Below, piece after piece: positions 50,231 to 61,015 of a stretch of 64,000 bases of DNA. How positions within the stretch are numbered: the first letter of the stretch is position 1; every line of letters starts with the position of its first letter. A program made the translations under genes and the position numbers. The stretch covers positions 1,497 to 65,496 of the forward strand of contig CAZFTP010000008.1 in the NCBI GenBank assembly GCA_964521915.1. Reading direction: 5' to 3'. The stretch is from an uncultured Candidatus Marinamargulisbacteria bacterium (GTDB taxonomy: Bacteria > Margulisbacteria > Marinamargulisbacteria > CAZFTP01). The notes beneath the pieces are model-generated. The model searched no databases, was not told where the DNA came from, and saw nothing but the letters and a program-made list of their open reading frames with translations.

Positions 50231-53200
50231 ATGAAAAAAATAGTATCAATTAATCCGCAAAGGAATGAATATGTTTCTTATAGTCAGTTTTTAAGTGTTT
50301 TAGAAAAAACCGTTAATAGATATTGGGGCTTAATAGATCAAGAATTCTATTTTGAAAAAGCCAAAACAGAAATGGCCAAATTAAAGCATGGTGATTTTTT
50401 TGGCGGAGGTAAATTTTTACCGCAAGAATTTTTTGATGAATTTAGATGGGTTACGAAAAAAACATTTCTTTCAAAAAATTTTCTTTTTCATCATAATTTT
50501 AGAGAAAAAGTAAAACTATATTTAACCGGTTTAATACTTTATGAATCTCCGCCTAAATCTATACAAGATTTACTCTCTATTTATTTTCATGTTGATGGTC
50601 CGGAAAAGGGTGTAGTACAAGCTGTTATTGAGGAACTTTTTATTGAAGATGTTAAAAAAGGACATAATTTACTTTCGCACTATGATGGTGCCTTATTTGA
50701 TAAAGCACCAGAAAAAGCAAAAACGTCTGAAATTGGCGGGCTTAAAGCAATGTTTAAAGCTTATAAAGATAAAGATATTGAAGGAATATTGGATTTAGTA
50801 AAAAAAATAGATGGAGATGCAACTTTTAGTGTTGCTAAAGATCCTATTTCTAATTTGCCAAGAAAAGAAACTCGACCTGGTGCTAAATATCCTTTATTAA
50901 TGACCGTTGTGCCGTTAGCTCTTTTTAATCCGGTTTTTAGAATTTCTTATAAAAAAGAAGATTTAATAGAATATTTTATTAAGAAAGAACAAAAAACTCA
51001 TAAGCATAGTTTACATTCTAATAATGTTAAAAGAGCTGAAAAAGATTTTGAAATCTGGAAACAAAATGCGATAAAAAAGCAGAAAGCCATGTATGAAGCA
51101 ATATTAAGGATGGATTTATTGCATCCTGAAATACATAGTATATATAAAGAATTTCAAAAACAAATTGTTAGAAATCTTTATAATTTAGAAGGTGATGAAC
51201 AAAAAGGACTTGAAGAGTTATTTAATAGTTTTATCAATAATGATCCTTTTGCAAAACCTTTTGAAAAATTTCGTGAAGCTTTATTGGCTGAAAGCCAAAA
51301 ACTAGCTGATATGGTTAAAGTTATTAAAAAAGGTGAAAGTAAAAATGAGACTATTCAAAAATTTCGGGTAAAATTACGTGAAGCAGTACGAGGTCCTTCT
51401 GCGGTTTTGGGGGCAGGTTGCTTTGATAAGGCATTAGAAGCTTTTTTTATCAGCCGTAATATGAAACAACCTAGCCAGCAAGATTATGATAATTTTCGGG
51501 AAAATATTGATAGATTAATTGAAAGCGGTTATTTTGATTCTCTAATTACGAAATATTATGAAACAAAAGTGCTTACGACTGACCCGGATGATCAAGAAAA
51601 TGAAAAGTTAGAACAAGTAAAAACAGAGTATACTGAAGAATTGGTTAAAGCCGGTTTATTAGATAGATTTCTTTCTAATTTCCCTTTTAAGATAGTAGAA
51701 CCAAATAAAGAAGCTTACGATCCGGAAAAAACGCAATGGGCTTTTGGTAACCATGCAAGAACAACTTTAGCGGAAGCCTTTATTGATTTAGCTAAATTTA
51801 AAATGGAGCCAAGATACATTTTAGGTTTACTTGATAAAGCAAAACAAGGTTTTTCTCGTTTAGGTGTAATTAATTTAGAAGCAGATAAAAAAACTCAAAT
51901 TTATTTAAAAGCTGTTAATGCTTTAATTGATATCGCTGTAGTAAAAAGCAAGGTCGAAAATCCGGTTTCTAAATCAATAAGAGATGCGTTATTTAAGGTA
52001 GTAACCCAGACAGATTTGAACGCTGAAGTAAGAAGAAAAGCGTTAAAACAATATGTGGAAATTGCTGATAAAACTGATGCTGTGAATTTAGCTAGTCTTT
52101 TAAAAGATAAAATTTGTTTAGATACTGATAAACAGAAAAAAGGGCGTTTAGATATTGATGCGGAAACCATGAAAAAAATGGTGAATAAAGCCAGTGATTC
52201 TAATTCAACAGATGTATTGCAATTATTAGCAAATATTGATGGCGCATTAGAAAAAATGCCGGATAAACTTTTAGAAGAAATGTTCAAAAAATTTGAATCT
52301 GCTGATAGTGCTTTACAAGCCATTAAATCTAAACCATCCGCTAGTGATGCTGATATTAAAAAAGCGGTTCAAACATTTAATACTGCTAATGAACCTATTT
52401 CTGCGTTTATCCATTCATTTGGTTATGATATTTTCAATATAGAAGAATTAGCTACTATTTCTGCCACAATTGCAAAATTTAAAGGTGGGCTTGATAGTAA
52501 AACCAAAGAAAAATTTAATGATTTATTAAATAAAACTATAAGTAGTTATCAGCAACGGGTTGAATTTGTTTTGAAACCGGAAAATTTAAGTAGAATAAAA
52601 ACTGTTTTAGAGCATTCAGCTAATAAAGACGATATAACTAAATTATTCCGGGATATTTTAAAGAGTTTGCAAGTGGTATTATTTGATTTAGCTTTATTAA
52701 GAATTGAAAAAGTTTTACCGCAATTAGGAGCTAGTTTTGCTTTAGACAGACAAAAATTTATCGAATCTTTAAAAGAAGCAAATAGTGAAACCATTGCCTT
52801 TAAGGGTATTAAAGCAATTCAAGATATTATTGAAAAATATAAAGACAGATTGCACACTTTAAAAATTCAAGATCAGGATATTGCTAAAATAGAAGCATTA
52901 AACAGTAAAACTTTAGAACTTTATAATGATACCTGTCGATTATATCTGCAGAATATAAAAATAGATACTTATAATCTTGAAGGTGTAATGAAATATATCA
53001 TTAATAATCCGGTTATTAACACTGCTTTTCTGCAAAATGCCGCTGAAAGAATTATTGAAATAGCCAAAACTCATAAACCGTCAAAAGAAATGATAGAGAC
53101 TTTAATGAAAATACTGGCGACGAAAGGTTTTGATAAAGTATTGTTTTACCAAAAAATAGCTTCTATGTTAATAGAAATGGGTGGGGAAGCTAAAAAACGG

Positions 53201-54331
53201 TTGTATGACGAAATGAAAAAATTATCAACTCCAGATAAAAAAGTAGCAGAAAAAGTATTTGCCAGTGATGATGCCAGAATATTTATAGCACAAGCGATAG
53301 TTGATAGTGCAGATAATGATTTAGACGGTTATATTGCTGTTATGAATGCGACTTTAGTTGCTAGTGAAATGGATGGGCCAAAAGAAGAATTAGTGAAAAC
53401 TATTAAAAGACATGCCGGTACTAAAATTGCGGAAAGAACAGATGAAGAAATGAGGAAAAAAATACGGAATCGTGATTTTGCCAGAGATTTAGACCCGGAA
53501 ATTTTTGTAGAACAGACTTATATGAGTATGAGTAAAACGGAAATTCAAGAATGGTTATTAAGTGAACATACTAATCCATTATCTTTTGATCTTTACAAAA
53601 AATTGGCAGATAGATTGCTTTCTCCAACTGTAGATCAATATGCACCAGCAAATTTATTAAAAGTATATGCACAACTTTCAGGCAGAGTTTCTAATGTTAC
53701 TATTGCTATTATTGAAACAATTCTTGATAAAAGACTAGAATTATTTAATCAAGATGCTTTATATATAGATTCACTTAAAGAGACTGTATTAAAAAAAGTC
53801 TTTGAAATACCTTCTACTAAAGAAAAAGAAATTGGTATTAATGAAAGTTATTATAAAATAGCCGCAGATCTGTTAAAAGAAAAATATCAGTTAGATTTAT
53901 ATGAATTAGGAGATTATAGTAAATTTACTACTGCGGCTAGAAATGTTTTAGCTAATGTATTTATTGAGCTAGAACAATCTGGACAAGTAAAACCAAGAGG
54001 TGCCTTAGCTTTAATAGCAAGTACTCGGCCAATAGGTCATTGGCTAGACGATAATTTGAAGGTACATACAGCAAGAGCTAGCGCAGGCATTGGGGCAAAA
54101 CCATTATTAAATATTGATTATGCATTATTAAGCAGATTATGGGAAATTGCCGAAAGAGCAAAAAGAGTAAACCCAAATATAGTTTATGAATTGAAAGATC
54201 ATCAATGGCAGAAAACATATATTAATTTAGATAAACCCATGAACCCTTTTATGCCGCCGATTCATAATGTTGAAGCACAACAGTTGAGAAATATTTTAGG
54301 TTCTGCTGGGGCTGGAATTCCCGGTGCTTAA
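50231..54331 (+). CDS. Very large hypothetical protein (1366 aa), predicted all-alpha, function unknown
   Basis: It is a single uninterrupted ORF with no signal peptide or TM segment. It is K/E/D-rich and helical. A G9 homopolymer lies immediately upstream of its start. Confidence 0.5.
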   Translation: MKKIVSINPQRNEYVSYSQFLSVLEKTVNRYWGLIDQEFYFEKAKTEMAKLKHGDFFGGGKFLPQEFFDEFRWVTKKTFLSKNFLFHHNFREKVKLYLTGLILYESPPKSIQDLLSIYFHVDGPEKGVVQAVIEELFIEDVKKGHNLLSHYDGALFDKAPEKAKTSEIGGLKAMFKAYKDKDIEGILDLVKKIDGDATFSVAKDPISNLPRKETRPGAKYPLLMTVVPLALFNPVFRISYKKEDLIEYFIKKEQKTHKHSLHSNNVKRAEKDFEIWKQNAIKKQKAMYEAILRMDLLHPEIHSIYKEFQKQIVRNLYNLEGDEQKGLEELFNSFINNDPFAKPFEKFREALLAESQKLADMVKVIKKGESKNETIQKFRVKLREAVRGPSAVLGAGCFDKALEAFFISRNMKQPSQQDYDNFRENIDRLIESGYFDSLITKYYETKVLTTDPDDQENEKLEQVKTEYTEELVKAGLLDRFLSNFPFKIVEPNKEAYDPEKTQWAFGNHARTTLAEAFIDLAKFKMEPRYILGLLDKAKQGFSRLGVINLEADKKTQIYLKAVNALIDIAVVKSKVENPVSKSIRDALFKVVTQTDLNAEVRRKALKQYVEIADKTDAVNLASLLKDKICLDTDKQKKGRLDIDAETMKKMVNKASDSNSTDVLQLLANIDGALEKMPDKLLEEMFKKFESADSALQAIKSKPSASDADIKKAVQTFNTANEPISAFIHSFGYDIFNIEELATISATIAKFKGGLDSKTKEKFNDLLNKTISSYQQRVEFVLKPENLSRIKTVLEHSANKDDITKLFRDILKSLQVVLFDLALLRIEKVLPQLGASFALDRQKFIESLKEANSETIAFKGIKAIQDIIEKYKDRLHTLKIQDQDIAKIEALNSKTLELYNDTCRLYLQNIKIDTYNLEGVMKYIINNPVINTAFLQNAAERIIEIAKTHKPSKEMIETLMKILATKGFDKVLFYQKIASMLIEMGGEAKKRLYDEMKKLSTPDKKVAEKVFASDDARIFIAQAIVDSADNDLDGYIAVMNATLVASEMDGPKEELVKTIKRHAGTKIAERTDEEMRKKIRNRDFARDLDPEIFVEQTYMSMSKTEIQEWLLSEHTNPLSFDLYKKLADRLLSPTVDQYAPANLLKVYAQLSGRVSNVTIAIIETILDKRLELFNQDALYIDSLKETVLKKVFEIPSTKEKEIGINESYYKIAADLLKEKYQLDLYELGDYSKFTTAARNVLANVFIELEQSGQVKPRGALALIASTRPIGHWLDDNLKVHTARASAGIGAKPLLNIDYALLSRLWEIAERAKRVNPNIVYELKDHQWQKTYINLDKPMNPFMPPIHNVEAQQLRNILGSAGAGIPGA

Positions 54332-54339
54332 TTTAAGTT

Positions 54340-54368
54340 GTAGAGACGGGTTTTAAACCCGTCTCTAC
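54340..54368 (+). terminator. Intrinsic-terminator-like hairpin (gtagagacgggtt-tta-aacccgtctctac) followed by a half-site copy and a T-run
   Basis: It is a perfect 13-bp stem. The 3' arm is duplicated at 54369-54388, and ttttttcc follows. Confidence 0.6.
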
Positions 54369-54423
54369 CTAAATAAACCCGTCTCTACACATTAAATCTT
54401 TTTTCCGTTAAAATAATTAATTA

Positions 54424-56505
54424 ATGAAGAGATTATTTTTTTTCTTAATTCTTTTAATTTTTGCTTTTAGCGGTTCAATTTTTGCTGTTCAAAATCAAAC
54501 TACAGTTAAAATATTTTCAGATACTAATGAAATTAAACCAGGGTATCCTTTCTGGTTAGCAGTTAAAATAAAAGTTCCTGCAGATGCACATATTTATTGG
54601 CAAAATCCTGGGCAAGCCGGAATTATTTCTACAATTACTTGGCAATTGCCTAAAGGTTTTAAAATAGAAGAAAGCCATTGGCCTTATCCCAAAGCATTTT
54701 TAGAAGGAAATTTAGTAACTTATGGTTATAATAACGAAATTTATGTGTTATATAAAGTAAAACCTTCTGAATTTTTGTTTATTAATGATCAAGTTATTTT
54801 TAATGCTAAAATTAATCTTTTACAATGTTATAAACAATGTATGCCGGTTGAAATCACGGCTAATATTAGTATTAAAACTGGTCAAGAAATTAAAAGAAAT
54901 TTAGAAGCGGAAAAAATTTTTGGTAAGGCTTATCAAAAAATTCCGAAAATTAATACTAATTGGCAAATTTATGCGGTTAAAAAGAAAAATTATTTTTTGA
55001 AATTACAAATAAATCCGCATAATGTAATTAAAACTAAAATTACTGATTTACAATTTTTTCCCATAGATTCAAGTTTAGTAAAACCTCGGTGGAAATATCA
55101 ACTTAAAGCAAAACAAAACGAGTTCACTTTTTTTCTGCCTTTATATCGCGATTATTTTGCCCAAAATGAACACTTAAAAGGAGTGTTAGTTTATAAATAT
55201 CAAGATGGGAAATTATCAAAAGAACAAGCAATATTGATTGATATTCCTATTAGCCAAGGGCAAGTATTAATACAGAATAATTTGTCTTGCAAAACAATAT
55301 TGATTTTATTGTTATTTGCTTTTATTGGCGGAATAATATTAAATTTAATGCCCTGTGTTTTCCCGGTAATTTCTCTAAAAATTCTCCAACTGATTAAAAC
55401 TAATGAATTACCAGATAGTAAAAAATTTTTTAGGTTATCATTTAATAAAAATCTACAAATAATTATAAAAACTTTATTTTTTATTTTTGGTATTTTAATT
55501 TCCTTATGGTTTTTAAGCCTAGTGATTTTTTTTGTTAAAGCAATTGGTGAAGAAATAGGTTGGGGTTTTCAACTTCAAGAACCATGGTTTCTTGTTTTTC
55601 TTATTATACTTTTTTTCTTTATTGTTTTAAATTTGTTTGGTTTCTTTGAAATAGGGTTGATTTTTACCAGATTAGGGTCTTTATTTTCTTTAAATAGTAA
55701 TATTGGGTCATTTTTAAGTGGAATTTTATTGGTGATAGTGGCTGTCCCTTGTACTGCGCCTTTATTAGGAATAAGTTTAGGGGTAGCTTTACAAGAAACG
55801 ACTGTAGTTACATTTTTAATTTTTACTTTTATGGGTTTAGGTTTAAGTTTGCCTTATTTAATATTTGCGTTAATACCTGGCTTAATAAAGTTTTTACCAA
55901 AACCAGGGGAATGGATGATTTGGTTCAAACAATTATTAGCTTTTCCTTTAGTATTAACTATAGTGTGGTTATCATATATTTTATTAAAGGAAACAAATAC
56001 TAGAATAGTATTTTTAACTTTAATAGTATTAGTTTTTTTCTCTTTTTTAGTTTGGCTTTTTAAATTTTTTAATAATAATTCATATAAATTCTTTTTTGTT
56101 GTTATTGTTATTATTTCTTTTATTTTATTAATAAATGCAATAAGTAAAACTGAATTATTATCAGCCAAAATAGAAAATAAAAATTTTTCTTTTACTGAAT
56201 TAAAAGATTTAAGAAATCAAAATAAAGCCGTATTAGTAAAAGTAACTGCTGATTGGTGTATTTTATGCAAAGTAAATGATCAAATGGTTTTTAAAAGAGA
56301 AAAATTCAAACAGCTTTTAAATCAGAAAAATATTGTATTTTTAACCGCAGATTGGACAAAGAAAGATAAAGCTATAACTGATTTTTTATATCGTTATAAA
56401 AGAGCAGGGGTTCCTTTTTATATTTATTTTCCGGCTAATTCTGATAAAACAGTAATATTCCCGGAAGTATTAACGTTATCAATGGTAGAGAGAATTTTGA
56501 AATAA
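54424..56505 (+). CDS. dsbD: Thiol:disulfide interchange protein DsbD (three-domain: N-terminal periplasmic, TM with CxxC-like Cys pair, C-terminal thioredoxin CxxC)
   Basis: 693 aa with a signal peptide. The TM cysteines are in MPCVFPV and VPCTAPLLG. The C-terminal thioredoxin-like domain has WCILCK. Confidence 0.75.
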   Translation: MKRLFFFLILLIFAFSGSIFAVQNQTTVKIFSDTNEIKPGYPFWLAVKIKVPADAHIYWQNPGQAGIISTITWQLPKGFKIEESHWPYPKAFLEGNLVTYGYNNEIYVLYKVKPSEFLFINDQVIFNAKINLLQCYKQCMPVEITANISIKTGQEIKRNLEAEKIFGKAYQKIPKINTNWQIYAVKKKNYFLKLQINPHNVIKTKITDLQFFPIDSSLVKPRWKYQLKAKQNEFTFFLPLYRDYFAQNEHLKGVLVYKYQDGKLSKEQAILIDIPISQGQVLIQNNLSCKTILILLLFAFIGGIILNLMPCVFPVISLKILQLIKTNELPDSKKFFRLSFNKNLQIIIKTLFFIFGILISLWFLSLVIFFVKAIGEEIGWGFQLQEPWFLVFLIILFFFIVLNLFGFFEIGLIFTRLGSLFSLNSNIGSFLSGILLVIVAVPCTAPLLGISLGVALQETTVVTFLIFTFMGLGLSLPYLIFALIPGLIKFLPKPGEWMIWFKQLLAFPLVLTIVWLSYILLKETNTRIVFLTLIVLVFFSFLVWLFKFFNNNSYKFFFVVIVIISFILLINAISKTELLSAKIENKNFSFTELKDLRNQNKAVLVKVTADWCILCKVNDQMVFKREKFKQLLNQKNIVFLTADWTKKDKAITDFLYRYKRAGVPFYIYFPANSDKTVIFPEVLTLSMVERILK

Positions 56506-56636
56506 TATTTAAAACTTTGAGCCTTTTTAACTAATTTTATGAGCTATGGCTGAAAGTTACATTAAAACAGTTTACCAAGATAAGAATATTTTGTTACAAT
56601 GACAAAAGATTTTTTGATATAGGAGGTTATATAATA

Positions 56637-57638
56637 ATGTCAGAAAAAGTAAGTTATAAAAATTTAGGTTTAGTTAATACTAAAGAAATGTTTAAAAAAG
56701 CTATGGACGGGAAATATGCCATACCAGCTTATAATTTTAATAATTTAGAACAACTGCAAGCCGTTGTTTTAGGTTGTATTGAAACAAATTCTCCGGTTAT
56801 TTTACAGGTTTCTTCTGGTGCAAGAAAATACGCTAACCAAATATTATTAAAAAATATGGCTAAAGGGGCAGTAGAATTAGCTCGTTCTTTGGGTTCAAAT
56901 ATTCCTATTGTATTACATTTAGATCATGGGGATACTTTTGAATTATGTCAAAACTGTATAGATTCCGGATTTTCTTCCGTAATGATAGATGGCTCGCATT
57001 TACCTTATGAGGAAAATATTTCTTTAACCAAAAAAGTAGTAGAATATGCTCATCAATATGATGTTACCGTTGAAGGAGAATTAGGTGTTTTAGCTGGTAT
57101 AGAAGACGAAGTTCAACACGAACATTCAAATTATACTGAACCCGCAGAAGTACAAGATTTTGTGACCAGAACCGGGGTAGATTCTTTAGCTATTTCTATT
57201 GGTACATCACATGGTGCTTATAAGTTTAAACCAGAACAATGTACTGTGAATGAAGAAGGGGTTTTAGTTCCACCTCCTTTACGATTTGATATTTTAGACG
57301 AAATTGAAAAATTATTACCGGGTTTTCCGATTGTTTTACACGGAGCTTCTTCTGTTGTACCTGAATATGTGAAAATAATTAATGAGAATGGAGGCAATTT
57401 AAAAGCCGCTGTTGGCATACCAGAAGAACAATTAAGAAAAGCCGCAAAATCCGCAGTTTGTAAAATTAATATTGATAGCGATGGTCGGTTAGCATTTACC
57501 GCTATTATAAGACAGGTAATGAAACAACATCCTGAAGAATTTGATCCGAGAAAATATTTAGGTCCAGCCAGAGAAGAACAAAAAAAATTAGTAATGCATA
57601 AAAATTTGGAAGTTTTAGGCTCTGCCGGTAAGGGATAA
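56637..57638 (+). CDS. fba: Fructose-bisphosphate aldolase, class II
   Basis: 333 aa. It has the zinc-binding motif LHLDHG and a class-II FBA layout. An AGGAGG RBS precedes the start. Confidence 0.85.
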   Translation: MSEKVSYKNLGLVNTKEMFKKAMDGKYAIPAYNFNNLEQLQAVVLGCIETNSPVILQVSSGARKYANQILLKNMAKGAVELARSLGSNIPIVLHLDHGDTFELCQNCIDSGFSSVMIDGSHLPYEENISLTKKVVEYAHQYDVTVEGELGVLAGIEDEVQHEHSNYTEPAEVQDFVTRTGVDSLAISIGTSHGAYKFKPEQCTVNEEGVLVPPPLRFDILDEIEKLLPGFPIVLHGASSVVPEYVKIINENGGNLKAAVGIPEEQLRKAAKSAVCKINIDSDGRLAFTAIIRQVMKQHPEEFDPRKYLGPAREEQKKLVMHKNLEVLGSAGKG

Positions 57639-57670
57639 TTTGAAGATATCCCTTATATAAAAGGAGTAGC

Positions 57671-58624
57671 ATGTATACTATTGGTATAGATCTTGGTGGC
57701 ACTAAAATTTTAGCCGCATTAATTAATCAAAAGCAAGAAAAAATAGCAGAGCTTAAAGTAGAAACTAAAGCTTTTCAAGGTGTAAAGGCTGTTTTAGAGC
57801 GAATTGATGTTTTAATAAATGATCTAATTACTTCCCAGAAAATTAAAAAAACAGAGTTAGCTGGTATTGGGTTTGGGGTTCCTGGTCCGGTTGATAAAAA
57901 TACTGGTATAGTTTTGGTGGCGCCTAATTTAGGTTGGAAAAATGTTGATATTTGTAGTTTTTTAAAAGATAAATATCCTGTTTACATTCATGTTGAAAAT
58001 GACGTAAATGCTGGTATTTACGGTGAATATATACTTGGTTTTAAACAAAAATATCAAAATATGGTAGGCATGTTTGTAGGAACTGGTATTGGGGGCGGTA
58101 TTATTATAAATGGTAATTTATATAGCGGTTGTAATGGGCTTGCAGGTGAAATTGGGCATATGATTATCAAATATAAAGGAGCTAAATGTAATTGCGGGCA
58201 ATTAGGTTGTTTAGAAGCTTATAGTTCTAAAACAGGGTTAATTAATCACATTAAAAAATCGAAAGATAAACAAGCGGATGTTCTAAAAAAATACTTAATG
58301 GAAAAAAATGATGTTTTAAAAAGTAGCTTTATTAAAAAACAAATTGAAGAAAAGAATCAGTTTTTAATTAAACAAATAAAAAAAATGGCTGGTAAAATGG
58401 CAATTGGAATTATTAATATTGCCAATATTTTGAATCCGGATGCTATAGTTTTAGGGGGTGGTTTTGTTACTTCTTTAGGGGATATTTTTTTAAACCCAAT
58501 AAGAGAAAAAATTACAACTTCGGCTTTTTCTACTAATGTAAAAGGTTTAAAAATAGAATTATCTGTTTTAGGTGATTCTGCAGTAATGATGGGAGCGGCT
58601 CTTTTAGCAAATAAAAACAAATAA
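57671..58624 (+). CDS. glk: ROK-family glucokinase
   Basis: 317 aa. It has the N-terminal motif GIDLGGTK and the ROK zinc motif CNCGQLGCLEAY. Confidence 0.85.
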   Translation: MYTIGIDLGGTKILAALINQKQEKIAELKVETKAFQGVKAVLERIDVLINDLITSQKIKKTELAGIGFGVPGPVDKNTGIVLVAPNLGWKNVDICSFLKDKYPVYIHVENDVNAGIYGEYILGFKQKYQNMVGMFVGTGIGGGIIINGNLYSGCNGLAGEIGHMIIKYKGAKCNCGQLGCLEAYSSKTGLINHIKKSKDKQADVLKKYLMEKNDVLKSSFIKKQIEEKNQFLIKQIKKMAGKMAIGIINIANILNPDAIVLGGGFVTSLGDIFLNPIREKITTSAFSTNVKGLKIELSVLGDSAVMMGAALLANKNK

Positions 58625-58626
58625 AG

Positions 58627-59256
58627 ATGAAGGAAACCGTCTATAGCCAAATCCTTACTTCTACCATTACACATTTAACAAATGTTTTTGATAATATTAA
58701 CCATGCCTTAGAAGTAAGTCGTTTAACTCATTTAATATTTAATGCGGTAGAAAAAAAATATCAACTAGTAAAAGAAGATAAATTCTTTTTAGAAATAGCC
58801 GCTTTATTGCATGATATTGGGGTAATTTTTGGTGAAAAAAAACACCATAAAAATTCTTTGGAATATATTTTAAACCTTAATTTACCCTGTACTAAAACAG
58901 AAAAAATAATTATTGCGAATATTGCCAGATATCATAGAAAAGCAGAGCCTAATTTAAAGCATTTATATTTTCGCCATTTATTGCCACATCAACGTTATAC
59001 TGTAATACAGATGAGCGCTATTTTACGTATTGCAGATGCTTTAGACAGAAGCCATACTCAAAATATTAAAGATTTAGATATTATAATTGAACCTAATAAA
59101 ATAACTTTTAATATTATCCCTAAAACTGATGAGAATCAAAATAATATGTTTATTTGTAATAGTTTTCAATTAGAAAAATTTGCATTTGAAAAGAAAAAAA
59201 AACTATTTGAAAAGGTTTTTAAAATTAAAGCTATTTTTGGCAAATTTAAAATATAG
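58627..59256 (+). CDS. HD-domain phosphohydrolase-like protein
   Basis: 209 aa. It has an HD motif (LLHDIGVI). It resembles the C-terminal HD region of Ppx/GppA-type proteins. Confidence 0.5.
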   Translation: MKETVYSQILTSTITHLTNVFDNINHALEVSRLTHLIFNAVEKKYQLVKEDKFFLEIAALLHDIGVIFGEKKHHKNSLEYILNLNLPCTKTEKIIIANIARYHRKAEPNLKHLYFRHLLPHQRYTVIQMSAILRIADALDRSHTQNIKDLDIIIEPNKITFNIIPKTDENQNNMFICNSFQLEKFAFEKKKKLFEKVFKIKAIFGKFKI

Positions 59257-59485
59257 AATTTTGGGAGGCTTTTTTATAAGCGGGGCATCTTTAATGCTAA
59301 ACCACTTCGAAATTCACCAAAATAACCGGTTTGGTAACACAATTATTACTAACATATCATCCGTTATTAATAGGAATTAAATAAAATTCGGGAATGTATA
59401 ATTGATAATCCCAAAAATTGGAAAATAGATAAAAATTATTGTTAAAATATCATAGAAGCAAACCTATTTTTAAATTTTTCTAAAT

Positions 59486-60670
59486 TTAATTAAGAAATAA
59501 AGGTTTTAGCTTAATCTCTGTCCAAGTTTGAAAATCGGTAATATTAAGCCAAATTGTTAAATCTTTTGGCTTAGCTACAATTGAATAATAAGTAATTAAA
59601 CCGCTATCTTTATCAAAAGTTGGTCCACCATTAGGGATAGTGGTTGAAAAAATTTTCATCATAATATCTGGAGTGATTTTACCCTTATACTTCTTCCCCA
59701 TGGCTAAAAGATTTTCAGTTCTTTCTTTAGTAAAAGCTGCTTGTTTGCCTGCTGGAATTGAAATTATTGCAGGCCATGAATTATCTGTAAAATGATTTGA
59801 AGAACCAACTAAACCTTTTTTATCATCAATGCGTTTACGATAATCATTAGTACCCCATTCAAAACAAGCGCCTTCTTTAGTATCGGCAACATTGATTAAC
59901 GCCCCTTCTTGTGCCCGTGTAGCATCAAAAAATGCATCAACTTGATTAGAAGAAGTAGTCTGAAAAAGCATCGTCATTAAAGCTGAATTTGAATTCAGTC
60001 TGTTTTTGGCATTCAAAGGGTCACCTAGCAGACCATTTTGTAAATCGTAAAAAATGCCGGCTTTATTTATGCCAGATTGCCAAGTAATCTGACCAAGATA
60101 ATTGATATCAGCTACGCTTTGCCCAAAACCTATTGGGTTAAAAACAGCTACGGTTAAAAATTTTTGAAAAGGTAACAATGTCTTTATTGGTAAATCCCAA
60201 TTTCTACCAATCACAACTTCGCCATCATTAGTATATTTATCCCAAGCAATCATCCCAGAACAATTTCCAGAATTCATTATGAGCAATAACAACATGTTCG
60301 AAAAAATAAGTTGTTTATCGTAACCTAACCCAGATGTCTCAGCCATACCACGAACCCATTCTTGTACGTAAACTGGTTGTTCAGCTAGCTCTTTTTTTAC
60401 TGCAGTTAAAACTAGATTGTAGGGTAATTTATCAGTACCTAAACCGACTTGTTTTGAAGCTTCTGCATAAAACTCTTTAATTTGATCTTTTAATAATTCT
60501 CCATATTGGCGACCCATTTGAAAGAAATTACCTTGCATTACTACAACGTTGATTTTACCTGCTATATACAATTTCCCCCCTTGAAATTCACGAATTAGCT
60601 TTAAATCATCTGTAAAAGCTAAAGAGCTTAAAATAAAAATAGCGATTAAAGCAATAAATAGATTTTTCAT
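59486..60670 (-). CDS. Secreted Ntn-hydrolase-like protein (peptidase C45 / acyl-CoA:6-APA acyltransferase-like)
   Basis: 394 aa with a signal peptide. It has an internal GNCSGM motif compatible with a Gly-Cys self-processing site. Confidence 0.4.
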   Translation of the reverse strand: MKNLFIALIAIFILSSLAFTDDLKLIREFQGGKLYIAGKINVVVMQGNFFQMGRQYGELLKDQIKEFYAEASKQVGLGTDKLPYNLVLTAVKKELAEQPVYVQEWVRGMAETSGLGYDKQLIFSNMLLLLIMNSGNCSGMIAWDKYTNDGEVVIGRNWDLPIKTLLPFQKFLTVAVFNPIGFGQSVADINYLGQITWQSGINKAGIFYDLQNGLLGDPLNAKNRLNSNSALMTMLFQTTSSNQVDAFFDATRAQEGALINVADTKEGACFEWGTNDYRKRIDDKKGLVGSSNHFTDNSWPAIISIPAGKQAAFTKERTENLLAMGKKYKGKITPDIMMKIFSTTIPNGGPTFDKDSGLITYYSIVAKPKDLTIWLNITDFQTWTEIKLKPLFLN

Positions 60671-61015
60671 ATTACACCTTTATTAAGAAATTTTTTCAAT
60701 TATATCATTTTATTTACGATAATTAATAGATATGAATAAGTACATTAGAAATAAAATTGTGAGCTTAGCTTATAATGAATTATGTATAAATAAAAAAGAA
60801 GATGAGTTTATCAAATTTGTTTATTTAGCCGATCAACATTTTCCAAATCAAAAGTATGAAAATATTGCTAATAATGCACTTGGAATTGTTTTAAGAAATA
60901 ATTAGCATTATTCATATCAATGATCAACATTTTCCAAATAGTAATAATCTAAAAAAAATTAAAGTTTCAAATTATTTATAAGGAGGTAAAAAATATATAG
61001 GGGGGATTTTGATAT

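Noticed and set aside
51901-52794. Minus-strand ORFs (51901-52323, 52549-52794) inside the 1366-aa gene
   Set aside because: They are antisense to a long uninterrupted plus-strand ORF. They are Ser/Phe/Leu-rich reverse-frame artefacts.
59180-59380. 66-aa ORF overlapping the HD-domain gene end
   Set aside because: It overlaps the 3' end of a better-supported gene in another frame and no conserved features were seen.
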